Made by a program: the position numbers and the translations under genes. Positions 26,946 through 39,568 of a stretch of 64,000 nt of DNA are shown one piece after another (position 1 is the stretch's first letter; every line of letters starts with the position of its first letter). This DNA comes from Leucoraja erinacea (taxonomy: Eukaryota), in NCBI RefSeq assembly GCF_028641065.1, contig NC_073394.1:11656001-11720000 (forward strand), given 5' to 3'. The notes beneath the pieces were generated by a model. The model worked only from the letters and a program-made list of their open reading frames with translations. It was not told the origin of the DNA and did not search any database.

Positions 26946-28599
26946 GACCCACACATGTCACAGTTGGGATAGGATGGCCCTCCTGTTGTGGATCGCTTCA
27001 TGTGGCAGATTTTAATTGAGGATTAAATTCAACAGGTCGTCCGTTAAACTAATTAAACTAAAGGGCCCACAACCCGAGATAGAGCAACGAGTAGAATCTA
27101 TACTCCAAAACTTAGTTTGGCATGGCTTTGGAACCTTTTAACTTTGGCAACTGTTTGAACAAGGAATTCGAGAGATCTAGTGCTGTCTGACCCTCCTTTC
27201 AATTCCTCGGGATTTCCTGAAGGATTTCACTGCCATAAAAACATTTGGAACAGGAGCAGCGAGTTCACATGCAACCAGCTCACACAAACAGAGAGGGAAC
27301 ATGCCCTTTACGTGCAGTGGTTGCTTTTGGTCCAGTACATTAGACCAGTTTCTTGATCTTTCAAAAATGTATCTCCATTTTGAACCCATTCTTTGACACT
27401 GAGGAATTGTGCGTTTATGACTGTGTTGCCACCGGTCAGGGTAATATCTGGAGTGCATTTGTGGAGGTTTTTTGGGGGTATTTGAGAACATGCTGAATCT
27501 CCTTAAACTTCTAAGAAAGTCAAGGCACTGGTGTGGCTTCTTGGAGAAACAAAAAACAGCAGATGCTGGTTAATACACAAAAGGACACAAAGTGTTGGAG
27601 TAACACAGCGGGTCAGGCAGTATCCCTGGAGAACATGGATGGGTGATGTTTCGGATCGGGAACCTGAAGAAGGGTCTCAACCTGAAACGTCACCTATCCA
27701 TGTTTTCCAGCGATGCTGCTTGGCCCGCTGAGTTACTCCAGCACTTGGTGTCCTTTGACATGCCAACTTCCAGAATGCATCTTGTCAGGCCTGATGGGCT
27801 TAGGTCTGATGTTCTGTGATGTTAACACCCAGAAATATGAACCTGCTAACTCTCTCCATCACAACCCACCAAAGCAAACTGGTACTTGGTCTCCTGACTT
27901 GGTGAGCTCTTTCAATGGGCAAACCCAGACTTGGTGGGCTGAATGGTCTTCTTTTGTGCTGTAGGACCACTGTCAGTGTCCAAGTCAAGTGTCCGAGACA
28001 CTCTCAGAGGGGGAGGATCGGAACATTTCTCCCACGGTGGAAATGTCAAACACTAGAGGGCGTAGCTTTAAGGTAAGAGGGGCAAGATAATTCATAGAAT
28101 GTTTTTACACAGAAGATGGTAGGTGCCTAGAACGCACTGAGAGGGGGTGGTGTTGGTGCACAGTGGTACAACTGGTAGAGCTGCTGCTTCAAAGCCCCAG
28201 AGTCCCGGGTTCGATCCCGTTCTAAGATTCTGTCTGTCTGTGTGGAGTTTGCACGTTCTCCCTGCGTCTGCGTGGGTGGCACATCCCAAAGACGTGCAGG
28301 TTTGTAGGTTAATTGGCCTCTGTAAATTCCCCCTAGTGTGTCAGGAGTGTAAGCAAAAGTAACTTGACGCAGAGGTAGTGTGAACAGGTGATCGGTGATC
28401 GGTGTGGACCCATTGGGCCAAAGGGCCTGTTTCCGTTGTACTTTTCACTCATTCGACACATTAGTGCTGTTTAAGAGGCTTTTAGATAGCACATGGATAT
28501 GCAGGGAATGCGGGGACATGGATCACTTGCAGGCAGATGAGTAGTTTATCTAGGCATTGTGGGCTGAAGAGGCTGTTCCTCTACTGTTTGATGTTTATA

Positions 28600-28890
28600 A
28601 TGCAGTACTGGAGAAGCACCACAATGTTGGATGAGTTGACATGATTTCATCATCCCAGACATAAAGATATGCAGGACCCCATTGGCAATAGTTCATGAGA
28701 GGGCATGGGAGAATTCTCTTGTGTCCTGGGACAATATTTATCATCGAATTAACGTCACCAAGGAAAATAATTTGAGAGGTTGCAGTGCTAAATATGACTG
28801 TTGTCTTTCTCATATTATATCGATGACAACACCGCAGTGATCGCAACTGGAATATCCGAGGTTGTGAAAAGTTACAAAGAATTGCTTAGC
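28600..28890 (+). mobile_element. Deu-domain SINE relic
   Basis: tgcagtactg...cccattggcaata...gaattctcttgtgtcctgggacaatatttatc matches the Deu core. Confidence 0.55.
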
Positions 28891-29214
28891 CTGTTCAACG
28901 TACTCTTGGGCAGGAAGGAATGAATCGCAGAGGTGGAGCAGTGAAAGGGGGGTCTGACAGAAATTCCCTCGGAGGGAGTCTTCAAAGTAGACATACCCTG
29001 ATTAGATTTTGCAGTGGAGCAGACAAATTGTGTAGGAAGGAAGGGTTCCGACGCAAAACGTCACGCATCCTTTTTCTCCAGAGATGCTGCCTGACCCGCT
29101 GAATTACAACAGCACTTTGTGTCTTTCTACGAACATGTTCTTGTGTTTTACCGTTCAAGCACATCGACAAGAACAAAAGCAACATCATCGGATGACATAA
29201 GGCGCTGCTGATGG

Positions 29215-30045
29215 TCAAATCTTGAGCGAAACACAAAGTGCTGGAGGAACTCAGTGGGTCAGGCAGCATCTGTGGAGGGAATGGACAGACAATGTTTTGG
29301 GTTGGCACCCTTCTTCAGACTGATTGGAGCAGGGGGGTGGGGGTGGGAAAGGAAGGAGTGGGTGGGATAAAGTCTGGAAAGGGTTCCACTTCTCCTTGAT
29401 CATTGATGCCTTTTGCATATCTTTCATTTATTTGTTCTATGTACCTTCTATGTCTCTCGTTTCCCTTTCTTCTGGCTCTCAGTCTGAAGAAGGGTCTCGA
29501 CCCGAAAAGTCACCTATTTCTTTCCTGCAGAGATTCTGCCTGACCCGCTGTGTTACTCCAGCCTTTTGTGTCTTGTTTCCTGGTGAGTGATAGGTGGTTA
29601 CAGGTGAGAGGAGGTTTGATTGGCAAATGGGTGGAGTAGATGACAAAGGCTAGAGGTGAAAAGGAGACAAAAAGGTGTCTGGTAAGGAGAGAAGAGGTGG
29701 ATTGAAATGTAAAGCTGGAGGGAAGGATATGGGTGGAAGGACACAGGGAGGAGGGAAAGAAGGGGGATAAAAGAAAATGGGAGTCTTGGGTATGGGAATG
29801 AGCGAATGGAGGAGGGGAAGGGATCAAGGTGACTGGAGATGGTGGGAAAAATGTGCAAGCACCAGGGTGGGGGAGATGTGCACAGGAAAGCGAGGTGAGG
29901 TAAAGGAAGTATTATTTATATTTGGACCTCAATGTTCGTAGCATTGGGTTGTAAGCTACCCGTGAAATTTGGGGAGTTGTTCCTCCAGTTTGCATGTGGC
30001 TTCACCCTGGCAATGGAGGAGGCCAAGAACAGTAAGGTCAGAAAC
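29215..30045 (-). mobile_element. Penelope-like element fragments including the GIY-YIG C-terminus, with a nested inverted piece
   Basis: Minus strand ~29920-30040 encodes VLGLLHCQGEATCKLEEQ; hammerhead-like core on + at 29484-29511. Confidence 0.7.
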
Positions 30046-30554
30046 GGACACAGAATGCTGGAGTAACCCTAACTCAGCGGGTCAAGCAGCATCTCTGGAG
30101 AACACGGATAGAGACGTTTCAGGTCGGGGCCCTTCTGCAGACTGATTGCAGTGGGGGGAGGAAAGAAAGCTGGCAAAAGGTAAAAGGTGGATACAGGCAA
30201 GGTGTGTTGGAGGTGGAGGTGTGTTGAAAAAAGGCCAGCGATTCGAACAGTAGATATGAGACGAACAGATTTAAGAGTTGTGAATTGTGAAGCCAGAGAA
30301 AGGAATGTAGGGGGAGGGGTGGACGAGGGGCAGGGGAGCAATAGGTGCGAGTCGTGGGGTACGGGGGGGGGGGAGAAAGGGGAGGGTCTGGAGATGTGTG
30401 CTATTGAGTACTCATGTATACCAATCCCATTGATCTGTACTTGGTCCTTAACATTCCATGGTTTGGAGGTTCAAATAGTTGTCCAGACACACCTTAGATG
30501 TTGATTCCGCCATCACCTGCATAAGCAGTGCGTTCCAGCTTCCAAAGCTGCACT

Positions 30555-31325
30555 TGGTGAACGCAGAGTTTCAATCAGCTAAGTGTGAGATGTTGCATGT
30601 TAAGGGTTAAACCAAGGTAGGACACCGAATGCTGGAGTAACCCTAACACAGCGGGTAGGACTGAAGGGGTATATTGAAGAGCAGAGGGACCCAGGGAGTA
30701 TAAGTACCCCTGAAAGTGGCATCGAAGGTCAAGAACAGTTTTTTTGCTTACTGGCCTTTACCCATCAAGAAATTCAGTACAAATTATGTTGCTGTTGTAA
30801 AAGACGTTGGTGAGACCACACTTGACGTGTTGTGTTTAGTTTTGGTCACCCTGCTAGAGGAAAGATGCATTAAGCTGGAAAGAGTGCAGAAAAGATTTAT
30901 GAGAATATTGCCAGGACTCAAGGGCCTGAGCTCCAGAGAGAGGTTAGGCAGGCTAGGAACTTATTCCTTGGAGCACAAGAGGCTGAGGGATGGTCTTATA
31001 GAGGTGTATACAATCATAAGGGGAATAGGTAGGATGAATGAACAAAGTCTTTTTCTAAGGATTGGTGAATCAAGAACTAGCGGACATAGTTATAAAGTGA
31101 GAAGAGAAAGAGGAATTTGATGGCTAACTTTGTAACACGGAGGGTATATGAAATTAGTTGCTAGAGGACGTGGTTGAGGCAGGTAAGTATCAGCATTTAA
31201 AAGACATTTGGATAGGTACATGGATAGGAAAGGTTTAGAGGGATGTGGGTCAAATGTGGGGAATTGGGACCAGCTTAGATGAGCACCTTGGTCGGCATGG
31301 ACGAGTTGACTGTATGAATCTATGA
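30555..31325 (+). mobile_element. Degenerate CR1 LINE RT 3' fragment
   Basis: IKLERVQKRFMRILPGLKGLS..ERLGRLG.YSLE.KRLR. Confidence 0.8.
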
Positions 31326-32379
31326 TACAATCATTGTCATTGACGGATTGCCTTACACACATTCAGATCTTGAATACTAAACATAATTTGATCGCAGTTT
31401 GCAAGAAAGAAATGTTTGAAATTCCAAAGCCTAGGAATCAAGAATAGACGAGACGTTGAAATTAATGTTGGAAGTACCATTTGTACCAATGTGTACTTAA
31501 CTACTGGAGAATGCTGAGAAAATTCTGACAGAATTATTCCCAAGGCAGATACTTACATTGTCGGCACCACCTAGTGTATTTATCGAGTAATTTATGAAAT
31601 TGTTGAAATGTCAACATGAGTTATTGAATTTCTGAAATTATTAGGCTTCAATAGCGCTGATTTAATGGGATAAGATCGTAACTCACTTCTCCATCAGCTG
31701 CCAGAGCTCCAGGAATGTGTAACTTTCAGCTGCTGTTTCACTCACGTTTTTTAATCAGCATCCCAAGCAGTTCACTGATGGTCCGGCTGTGAATTTCAAA
31801 CACAAACGCACGCACTGTATAATGTCCAAAACACAAACTGCTGGAGGAACTCGGCGGGTCTGGCAGTGCCTTGGGGGGAAATGGGCAGAGAATGTTGGGA
31901 TCCTTCTTCAGACTGATTGCAGTAGTGGGGAAGAAAGCTGGGAAATGAGAGGTGTGGACGGGACAAAACCTGGCAAGTGATATGTGGATACAGTTATGGG
32001 GGGTGGTGGTGTGGGGGGGTGGTGGGTGGGGGGGGGGAGGGGGGGGGATTGGCAGGTGGGTGGAGTGAGCAACAAAGGAGACAGAAGGGTGTAAGATAAG
32101 GAGAGAGGAGGAATGATATGCAAAGCCAGAAGGAGGGGTATGGGTGGAAGAGAATACACATTGTATACGGTCAGTCTTCCTGTAGGTTCTGAGACATAGA
32201 CTATCCACCCAGGCATCTCAGGGCACTGCAAAGATGCCACTAACACACTACATGAGATCTGATGGGTCCATTGGGCAGATATCACCAACGCTGTTCACAA
32301 GATCCTACAGATCCACTATAGAGATACCAACAATGCCATCTGCAAGATCCCACAGGTCCATTGGATTTCTATTTGAGGG

Positions 32380-32810
32380 TGTTACCAGTAGTTGAGGCCT
32401 TGAGCTATTGGGAGAGGTTGGATAGGCTAGGACTTTATTCCTTGGAGCGCAGGATGTGTCTGGGTAATCTTATAAAGTTGTATAAAATTATGTGGGAATA
32501 AATAGGGTGAATGCACAGTTATTTTTCCCAGGGTAGGGGAATCTAGAACTAAAGGGCATAGGTTTAAGGTTGAGAGGGAAAACCATTAATAGAAACCGGA
32601 GGAGGTCCTTTTTCATACATAGGGTGGTGGGCATATGGAACGAGCCACCAGAGGCAGGTACAATAACATTTAAAATATATTTTAGGTACAGGGATAAGAA
32701 AGGCTGAAAAGGATATGGGCCAAACATGGGTAAATGGGACTTGCTTGCATCGTGGCCAGCATGAATGACTCAGGCTGAAGGGCATGTCTCCATGCAGCAT
32801 GACTCTAAAA
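32380..32810 (+). mobile_element. CR1 LINE 3' fragment
   Basis: gagaggttggataggctaggactttattccttggagcg...; conserved tail. Confidence 0.7.
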
Positions 32811-34090
32811 CTTTCATAGGTGAAGGATGAATTACCCAATCTCCCAATCTATCTTGTTGCTGCCTTTTTCTTAACTGCACATTCTTTGAGGTTGTAACAC
32901 TAAAACCTGCACTCTGTTTCTTGCTCTTTTTTGACTACCTGAAGGTCTCATGTATAAAATGCTTTCCAAAAAAGACACAAAGCTCTTCTTCTGACCGAAG
33001 AAGTGTCCCGAACTGAAACGCTACCGATCCATGTTCTCCAGAGATCCCACGTGACATGCTGAGTTACTCCAGCACTTTTTGTCTTTTCTTTTTGTAAAAC
33101 AGCATCTGTCGTTCCTTGTGTCCCTGGGGTTATGACCCCCTACCCGATAGCATGCAAAATAAAGATTTTTACTGCATCTCAATAAACGTGACAACAAGAA
33201 GCCAATACTGATCAATACCAGTACTGATCAATGCTCCTCTCGAGCCAACTGATCACCCAGGTCCACACAGGCCAAAGGGACGAATAACTCCAGGCAGTCA
33301 CGACAAGCCTCTGCCCTTCATAGTCACAGGCTCAGCCCACTCACCTACCTGTCTCCGATGGATGATGGATTCACATGCTCCCTATTTTTGGAAGCACATA
33401 TCACCCGTGTTACAGGGTGGCTCTCTGTATAAGGCGTTTGAAAGCTTTGTTGACTTTGTTGATGGCATCATGAAGCAGGCCTCCGAGGGTAAGGTAATCA
33501 CCTCATTTGTCATTAATTACACAAAAGAGCTTAAAATTCATGAGCAGACCAGCCTGCTCCACTCGTCTCCGCTCGGTATTATAAAACCAAGCTTGGATTT
33601 ACAGCCAAATAATTTCATCGGGTTGTAATGTGGGCTTAAACGTTAGGTGTCATCTGCTGATCGGAGAGATAAAAAAATAAGCCAGTAAACTGAATAAAGG
33701 CTGATGAATTACCGTATGTTTATTTGTTGCATTTAATGTGCCTGGAAAGCTGCAGCAAATAAGGATTTCATTGTTGCAGTCCCAGCAATTAGAGAAGCCC
33801 AGTGTCATATAGCATGGAAACAGACTCTTCAGCCCAACTCATCCATGCTAACCAAGATGCCCCAACTCAGCTGGTCATATTTGCCTGCATTTGGCCCATA
33901 TCCTTCTGAACCTTTCCTACCCATGCACCTGTCCAAATGTCTTTGAAATGTTGTTATTGTACCTGCCTCAACTACTTCCACTGGCAACTCATTCCAAAGA
34001 CCATCACCCTCTGTGTGGAAAAAGTTGCCTCTCAGGCTCTCTTTTTTCCCTCATATTAAACCTGTTTAAATGTCATCACATTGAAATATA

Positions 34091-35474
34091 TCTATCTATA
34101 TAATTAAAATTCTTATCTTGACCACTTCCTGTCTGGGCTGTATATTGATTTTAGAAAAAAACACTACCCTATAATCACTGTAACTTTTGGCCATCTTACT
34201 TACAGTCCTCCCCCGCTGAGCTGGCCATGAGGATTTTTCCCATCGATGACAAAAAATGAGTGTTTAAAAAATCTTGAGATCAGCTGATTGGTCCTCTCGA
34301 CTGTCAATCACCGCGATGAAGGTAATGTCCCTTTCGGGGGGAGGGGGGGCAGGACTATAAAACCCCGGATGCCTGGAAGTGAGTCAGTCACTCTGCAAGA
34401 TCGTGAGGGAGAGGCCATGACTCTCATTCTAAGCTGTGAATCAACTGAACTGTGAGTCTGCAATGTACTTGCAATAAATGATTTGTTAGCCCTTAATGAC
34501 AATGCCATGAGTTGTTTGGCCTGCTGCCTTGCCTGTGCTTGAAAGTGCAATGCTTAATTGGAAATGAAATGAAATGACAATGCCATGAGTTGTTTGGCCT
34601 GCTGCCCTGCCTGTGCTTGAAACTGCAATGCAATAGGTGAAATGACAAGACCGACTGTGTTTGGAAGGAATAAATGCTTTATTAGGTCCGACTGTGTTTG
34701 AAAGGAATAAATGCTTTATTAGGTCCGACTGTGTTTGGTAGGAATAAATGCTTTATTAGGTCCGACTGTGTTTAGTCCAAAAGTCCAGCTCATTTCATGA
34801 CTTAGTGTACAGGTCGCCCTGATTGTATAATTTCCAGTGAGTGCAGAGGTCGCACAGATTGCATAATTTCTGGTAAGTGCAGAGGTCACGCTGTTTGCAG
34901 AAGTGCCGCTGACTGCGGAAGCCCCACAGTGGAGAGGCTGCGATCAGCCGTGTGAGTAGATTCAAGAAAGTTTACTGTCACATATATGGTGTGTGAGTCA
35001 GTGCGTGTGAGTGTGTCAGTGTGAGTGTGTATGTGAGTGTGAATGTGTATGTGAGAGTGTGTATGAGAGTGTGTGTGTGTTTGAGTGTGAATCTATGAGT
35101 GTGTGTGTGAATCTATGAGTATGTGTGTGTGAGAGAGTCTGTGTGTGTCTGTGTAAGTGTGTGTGTGTGTGAGTGTATATGTGTGTGAGTCTGTGTGTGT
35201 GTGAGTGTATGTGTGTGGCTGTGTAAGTGTAAGTGTATGTGTATGAGTGTGTGAGTCTGTGTGTGAGAGTGAGTGTGAGAGAGTGTGTGATTGAGTGAGT
35301 GTATGTGTGTGTGTGAGTGTATGCGTGTGAGTGTGAGGTGGAGGGTGTGTGTGTGTGTGAGTCTGTGTGTGTGAGTGTGTGTGTATATTGGAACTGGTGG
35401 AGAGGTGGAATATTGCGATGGGGGACCAGCCCTCCCATATGAAGCTGGGACCCAATGGGTCCCACTTAGTCTAG
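34091..35474 (+). mobile_element. Non-autonomous Helitron-like element with internal tandem repeats and (GT/GA)n tract
   Basis: A|TC 5' start (TCTATCTATATAA), subterminal hairpin GGGACCCA-A-TGGGTCCC at 35447-35463, CTAG|T 3' end at 35474, no TSD. Confidence 0.7.
34990..35385 (+). repeat. Compound (GT)n/(GA) microsatellite
   Basis: Direct reading. Confidence 0.9.
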
Positions 35475-36102
35475 TATACTATTTAAAGTCTCAACGTGTT
35501 TGTCTGTCTGTCTGTCTGTGATCTCAGGTGCTATGCCAAAATGGTACACAATAGTGCAAAAAAAAAAATTGTAGAATCTTACTCAGCTTTTTCCCGTGGT
35601 CGTTCATATCAAGTTTCTTCACATTTGATGTTATTTCAAGGTTTTAAAAAGCCAACTTTAACAAGATTTTTACTGTTAAAATCCTTCCTGCCAGCTTCCA
35701 ACAAATATCGACACAAAGTTACAATACAGGAACACTCTGTGCTTCCACCGTCACAGTCCTTCACCCAACATTTGCACCAATGTTGCCATCATTGGTATTG
35801 CAATTGGGAGTGCAGCAGCAGGCAGGGAAGTCCAATTGGATTTTTTTATAGTCCAGTGCTGGGGAAAGCAGGGGAGTGGTGGAATCTTACATTGGGGAAT
35901 GGATTGAGTTGGGGGACCGAGCCTCCCATGGGGGCTACGGGTTAGTGGTGGAATATTGCTTGGGGAACGGGTTGCATTGGGGGACTAGGCCTCCCATGGG
36001 GGCTACGGGTTAGTGGTGGAATATTGTGTTGGGGGAACGGGTTGCGTTGGGGGACCAGGCCTCCTGTGTGACAGGGACCCAACAGGTACAACTTGGTCTA
36101 AG
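35475..36102 (+). mobile_element. Second, related Helitron-like element in tandem
   Basis: Starts TATACTATTTAAA...(TGTC)n; ends with degenerate hairpin GGGACCCAACAGGTAC and ACTTGGTCTAAG; shares subterminal ggtggaatattg..ttgggg..accag with element 1. Confidence 0.6.
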
Positions 36103-36124
36103 TTACGTGTAAAATGAACTGGAC

Positions 36125-36392
36125 GGCAGGGTGGCGCAGCAGTTGCTGCCTTACAGCACCAGGGTTTGATCCTGACTACGGCGTCTGTGTGGAGTTTGTA
36201 CCTTCTCCCCATGACCGTGTGGGTTTTCTCCAAGTGTTCCAGTTTCCTCTTACACTCCAAAGATGTATGGGTTTGTAGGTTAATTGACTTTGGTAAAAAT
36301 TGTAAATTGTCCCTAGTGTGATGGATAGTGTTAGTGTACGGGGACCACTGTTCGGCGTGGACTTGGCGGGCCTGTATCGCTAAACTAAACTA
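36125..36392 (+). mobile_element. HE1-type SINE
   Basis: ggtggcgcagc head, core, (CTAAA)n tail. Confidence 0.75.
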
Positions 36393-37029
36393 AAGAAAAG
36401 AACAACAAATCTGGCAAATATTGACTCCATTTAGAGTCAAGAATCAAGACTGTTTAATTGTCACATGTACCAGGAATGGAATAATAAAATTCTTAATCAC
36501 CACAGCTTTACAGACGCATTCAACACAAACAAAACAGCAAATAAATATTCAATACATTATCAGTTACTCCAGGCAACTGGATCGTAATAACCTAAGTCAA
36601 AGTACGTCGTGCAACCTTATACAAAGTCCATAGCAGTTCAGTAGTTCAGTGCTGAGTTAATCATGGTTCCCAGTTCAGACATTGACATGAACTGTTTCTG
36701 TCTCCACAGATGCTGCCTGACCTGTTGAATGTTTCCAATAACTGCCATTTTACCAGAGCATTGCATCGTATTTATGCAGTTCATATTACACACCAGCAAT
36801 TTGGTGGATATGCATTAGATGCTGCTGGATTCCTTTTCACCTTATCATTGGGAGTGGTGCCTTAAGCTGTCAAGACTCTTCACTCAAGCATCACCTCCCT
36901 GGTCAAGAATCAATAGTGTTCAGGGACTGTGCTACAGGAGTCCTGTGCTAGGACTTTCTTCCTTGGAGCACTGGAGGCTGAGGGGTGACCTTAAAGAAGT
37001 GTATAAAATCAACAAAGATTCCACAATTA

Positions 37030-37580
37030 AACACTCTTGAAAATGGAAAAATGAAATTCTTACTTGCTGCAGCTTTACTGCAGGCATGTAAATGTAGTTT
37101 AATAAATTAATAACGGTAATAATAGTGCAAAATAAACAAAGTCTGAAGTGCGACCAAAGACACAGTCCCTTGAAGAGCATCGTTGCTGGGGTCAGTGTTG
37201 TACAGTTTTCAAGAGCAGTGGCGGACTGGCCAGGGTGTCAGCTTGCCCGATGGCAAGTGGGCCACTGATGAAGTGGGCCCCCTATATCAAGTGGGCCCCT
37301 GATGAAGTGGGCCCCCTTTGTCTCCTGGCAACCAATATTTTTAGACCCAGTCCGCCACTGTTCAAGAGCTAGATGGTTGCTGGGCAGAAGCTGTTCTTGA
37401 ACCTGGTGATCACAATTCTCACCCTTCTGTACCTTCTTCCCGATGGTAGTCGCGAAATAAGAGTGTGGGATGGGTGGTGTGGGTCTTTGATGATATAGGC
37501 TGCCTTTTTGAGGCAGAGCTTCCTGTGGATCCCTTCGATGGTGGGGAGGTCAGTACCTGCGATGGACCGGGCAGCGGTAG
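37030..37580 (-). mobile_element. Rex1/Babar LINE 3' fragment (host of the hAT MITE)
   Basis: ARSIAGTDLPTIEGI..CLKKAA.IIKDPHHP...LPSGRRYR. Confidence 0.75.
37216..37360. mobile_element. 145-bp hAT-superfamily MITE inserted in a Rex1 fragment
   Basis: 14-bp TIRs CAGTGGCGGACTGG / CCAGTCCGCCACTG; perfect 8-bp TSD TTCAAGAG at 37208-37215 and 37361-37368. Confidence 0.92.
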
Positions 37581-38356
37581 GTGGTGGAGATGCACTAATA
37601 ATCATTCTTCACATGCCACAGATAATAAGCCCAGGGTTTTACAGGGTGGCTTTGCCTTTAGAAGCCCATTACATCATGCATGATTGCAACCTTCTCCTCT
37701 ACCTCTCAAAATAGCATCTCACGCCATACTCCGTTAGATCTCTGCACCGGCTCTTGTGACATTGGCTCTCTGTCTGTCAACCTTCAAAGGAATAGTTCCC
37801 TGCAGCGGCCAATAGGACACGGAACATAGAACGGTACATCACATGGACAGGCCCTTCGGCCCACACCGTCTGTACTGAATATGATACCAAGTCAAACCAA
37901 CCTCCTCCGTCTGCACATGATCCATATCCCACCTTTCCCTGCATAACCATGTGTCTATCCAAAAGCTTCTCAAATGCCACTATAGTAATGACCTCCTCCA
38001 CCATTCCAGGCACACACTGCACTCTGTGTAAAAAAACCTGCCCTGCACATCTCCTTTAAATGTTAAAATCATCTTCAAGCTATGCCTGTAGGCTTTGACA
38101 TGTTCACCCTGGGAAATACCTTCTGACTATCTACACTATCTATGCCACCCATAATTTTATAAACCTATCATATCTTCCCTCAAGCTCCAATGCCCCAGAG
38201 AAAACAATTTAAGTTTGTCCAAACTCTCCTGATAGCCAATATCCTCTATTCTCGGTAACATTCTGGTAAACCCCTTCTGCACCCTCTCCAAATCTTCCAC
38301 CTTCTTCCTGTAGTGGAGCAACCAGAACTGCACACAATACACCAAATGTAGCCTAA

Positions 38357-39568
38357 GAGAGCCAGTGGATGTAGTGTACCTGGACTTTCAGAAAGCATTT
38401 GATAAGGTCCCACATAGGGGATTAGTGGGGTAAAATTAGTGCACATGGTATTGGGGGTAGAGTGCTGACATGGATAGAAAATTGGTTGGCAGACAGGAAA
38501 CAAAGAGTAGGGATTAACGGGTCCCCTTCAGAATGGAAGGCAGTGACTAGTGGGGTACCGCAAAGCTCGGTGCTGCGACCGCAGCTATTTACAATATACA
38601 TCAATGAATTGGATGAAGGGATTCAAAGTAACATTAGCAAATTTGCAGGTGAGACAAAGCTGGGTGGCAGTGTGAACTGTGAGGAGGATGCTTTGAGAAT
38701 GCAGGGTGACTTGGACAGGTTGGGGGAGTGGGCAGATGCATGGCAGATGCAGTTAATGCGGATAAATGTGAGATTATCCACTTTGGTAGCAAAAACAGGA
38801 AGGCAGATTACTATCTAAATGGCGTCAGTTGGGAAAAGGGGAAGTACAACGGGATTTGGGGGTCATTGTTCATCAGTCTACGAAAGTAGGCATGCAGGTA
38901 CAGTAGGCAGTGAAGAAAGCGGATGGCATGTTGGCATTTATAACAAGAAGAGTCGAATATAAGAGCTAAGTGGTCCTTCTGTAGTTGTACAGAGCCCTAG
39001 TGTGACCACACCTGGAATATTGTGTGCAGTTTTGGTCCCCTGATTTGAGGAAGGACATTCTTGCTATTGAGGGAGTGCAGTGTAGGTTTACAAGGTTAAT
39101 TCCCAGGATGGCAGGGCTGTCATGTGCTGAGAGAATGGAGCGACTGGGCTTGTACACTCTGTAGTTTAGAAGGATGAGAGAGGATCTCATTGAAACATAT
39201 AAGATTGTTAAGGGCTTGGACACGCTAGAGGCAGGAACCATGTTCCCGATGTTAGGAGAGCCCAGAACCAGGGGCCACAGTTTAAGAATAAGGAGTAAGC
39301 CATTTAGAATGGAGATGAGGAAACATTTTTTCTCACAGGGAGTTGCGAGTCTGTGGAATTCTCTGCCTCGGAGGGCGGTGGAGGCAGGTTCTCTGGATGC
39401 TTTCAAGAGAGAGCTAGATAGGGCTCTTAAAAATAGCAGAGTCAGGGGATATGGGGAGAAGGCAGGAACGGGGTACTGATTGGGGATGGTCAGCCATGAT
39501 CACATTAAATGGCGGTGCTGGCTCGAAGGGCCGAATGGCCTACTCCTGCACCTATTGTCTATTGTCTA
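38357..39568 (+). mobile_element. CR1/HER1 LINE, 5'-truncated RT (frameshifted), nested in an older antisense CR1 copy (37820-38356, 39569-39685)
   Basis: DVVYLDFQKAFDKVPH, WIENWLADRKQRVGING, SGVPQ.SVL.P.LF.IYIN, SKFA..TKL; (CTATTGT)n tail. Confidence 0.92.

Noticed and set aside
28049-28066. CTCF-like ACACTAGAGGGCGT
   Set aside because: Lies within a CR1 fragment where the family sequence is actagagggcatag; probably incidental.
33362-33628. 88-aa ORF considered as a third PTH paralog or other exon
   Set aside because: No signal peptide or PTH signature; kept only as a low-interest non-coding candidate.
34651-34775. 37-bp direct repeats superficially like a CRISPR array
   Set aside because: No unique spacers, eukaryotic context, no cas genes; a minisatellite inside a Helitron-like element.
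35016-35465. His/Thr-rich minus-strand ORFs
   Set aside because: Translation of a (GT)n microsatellite.
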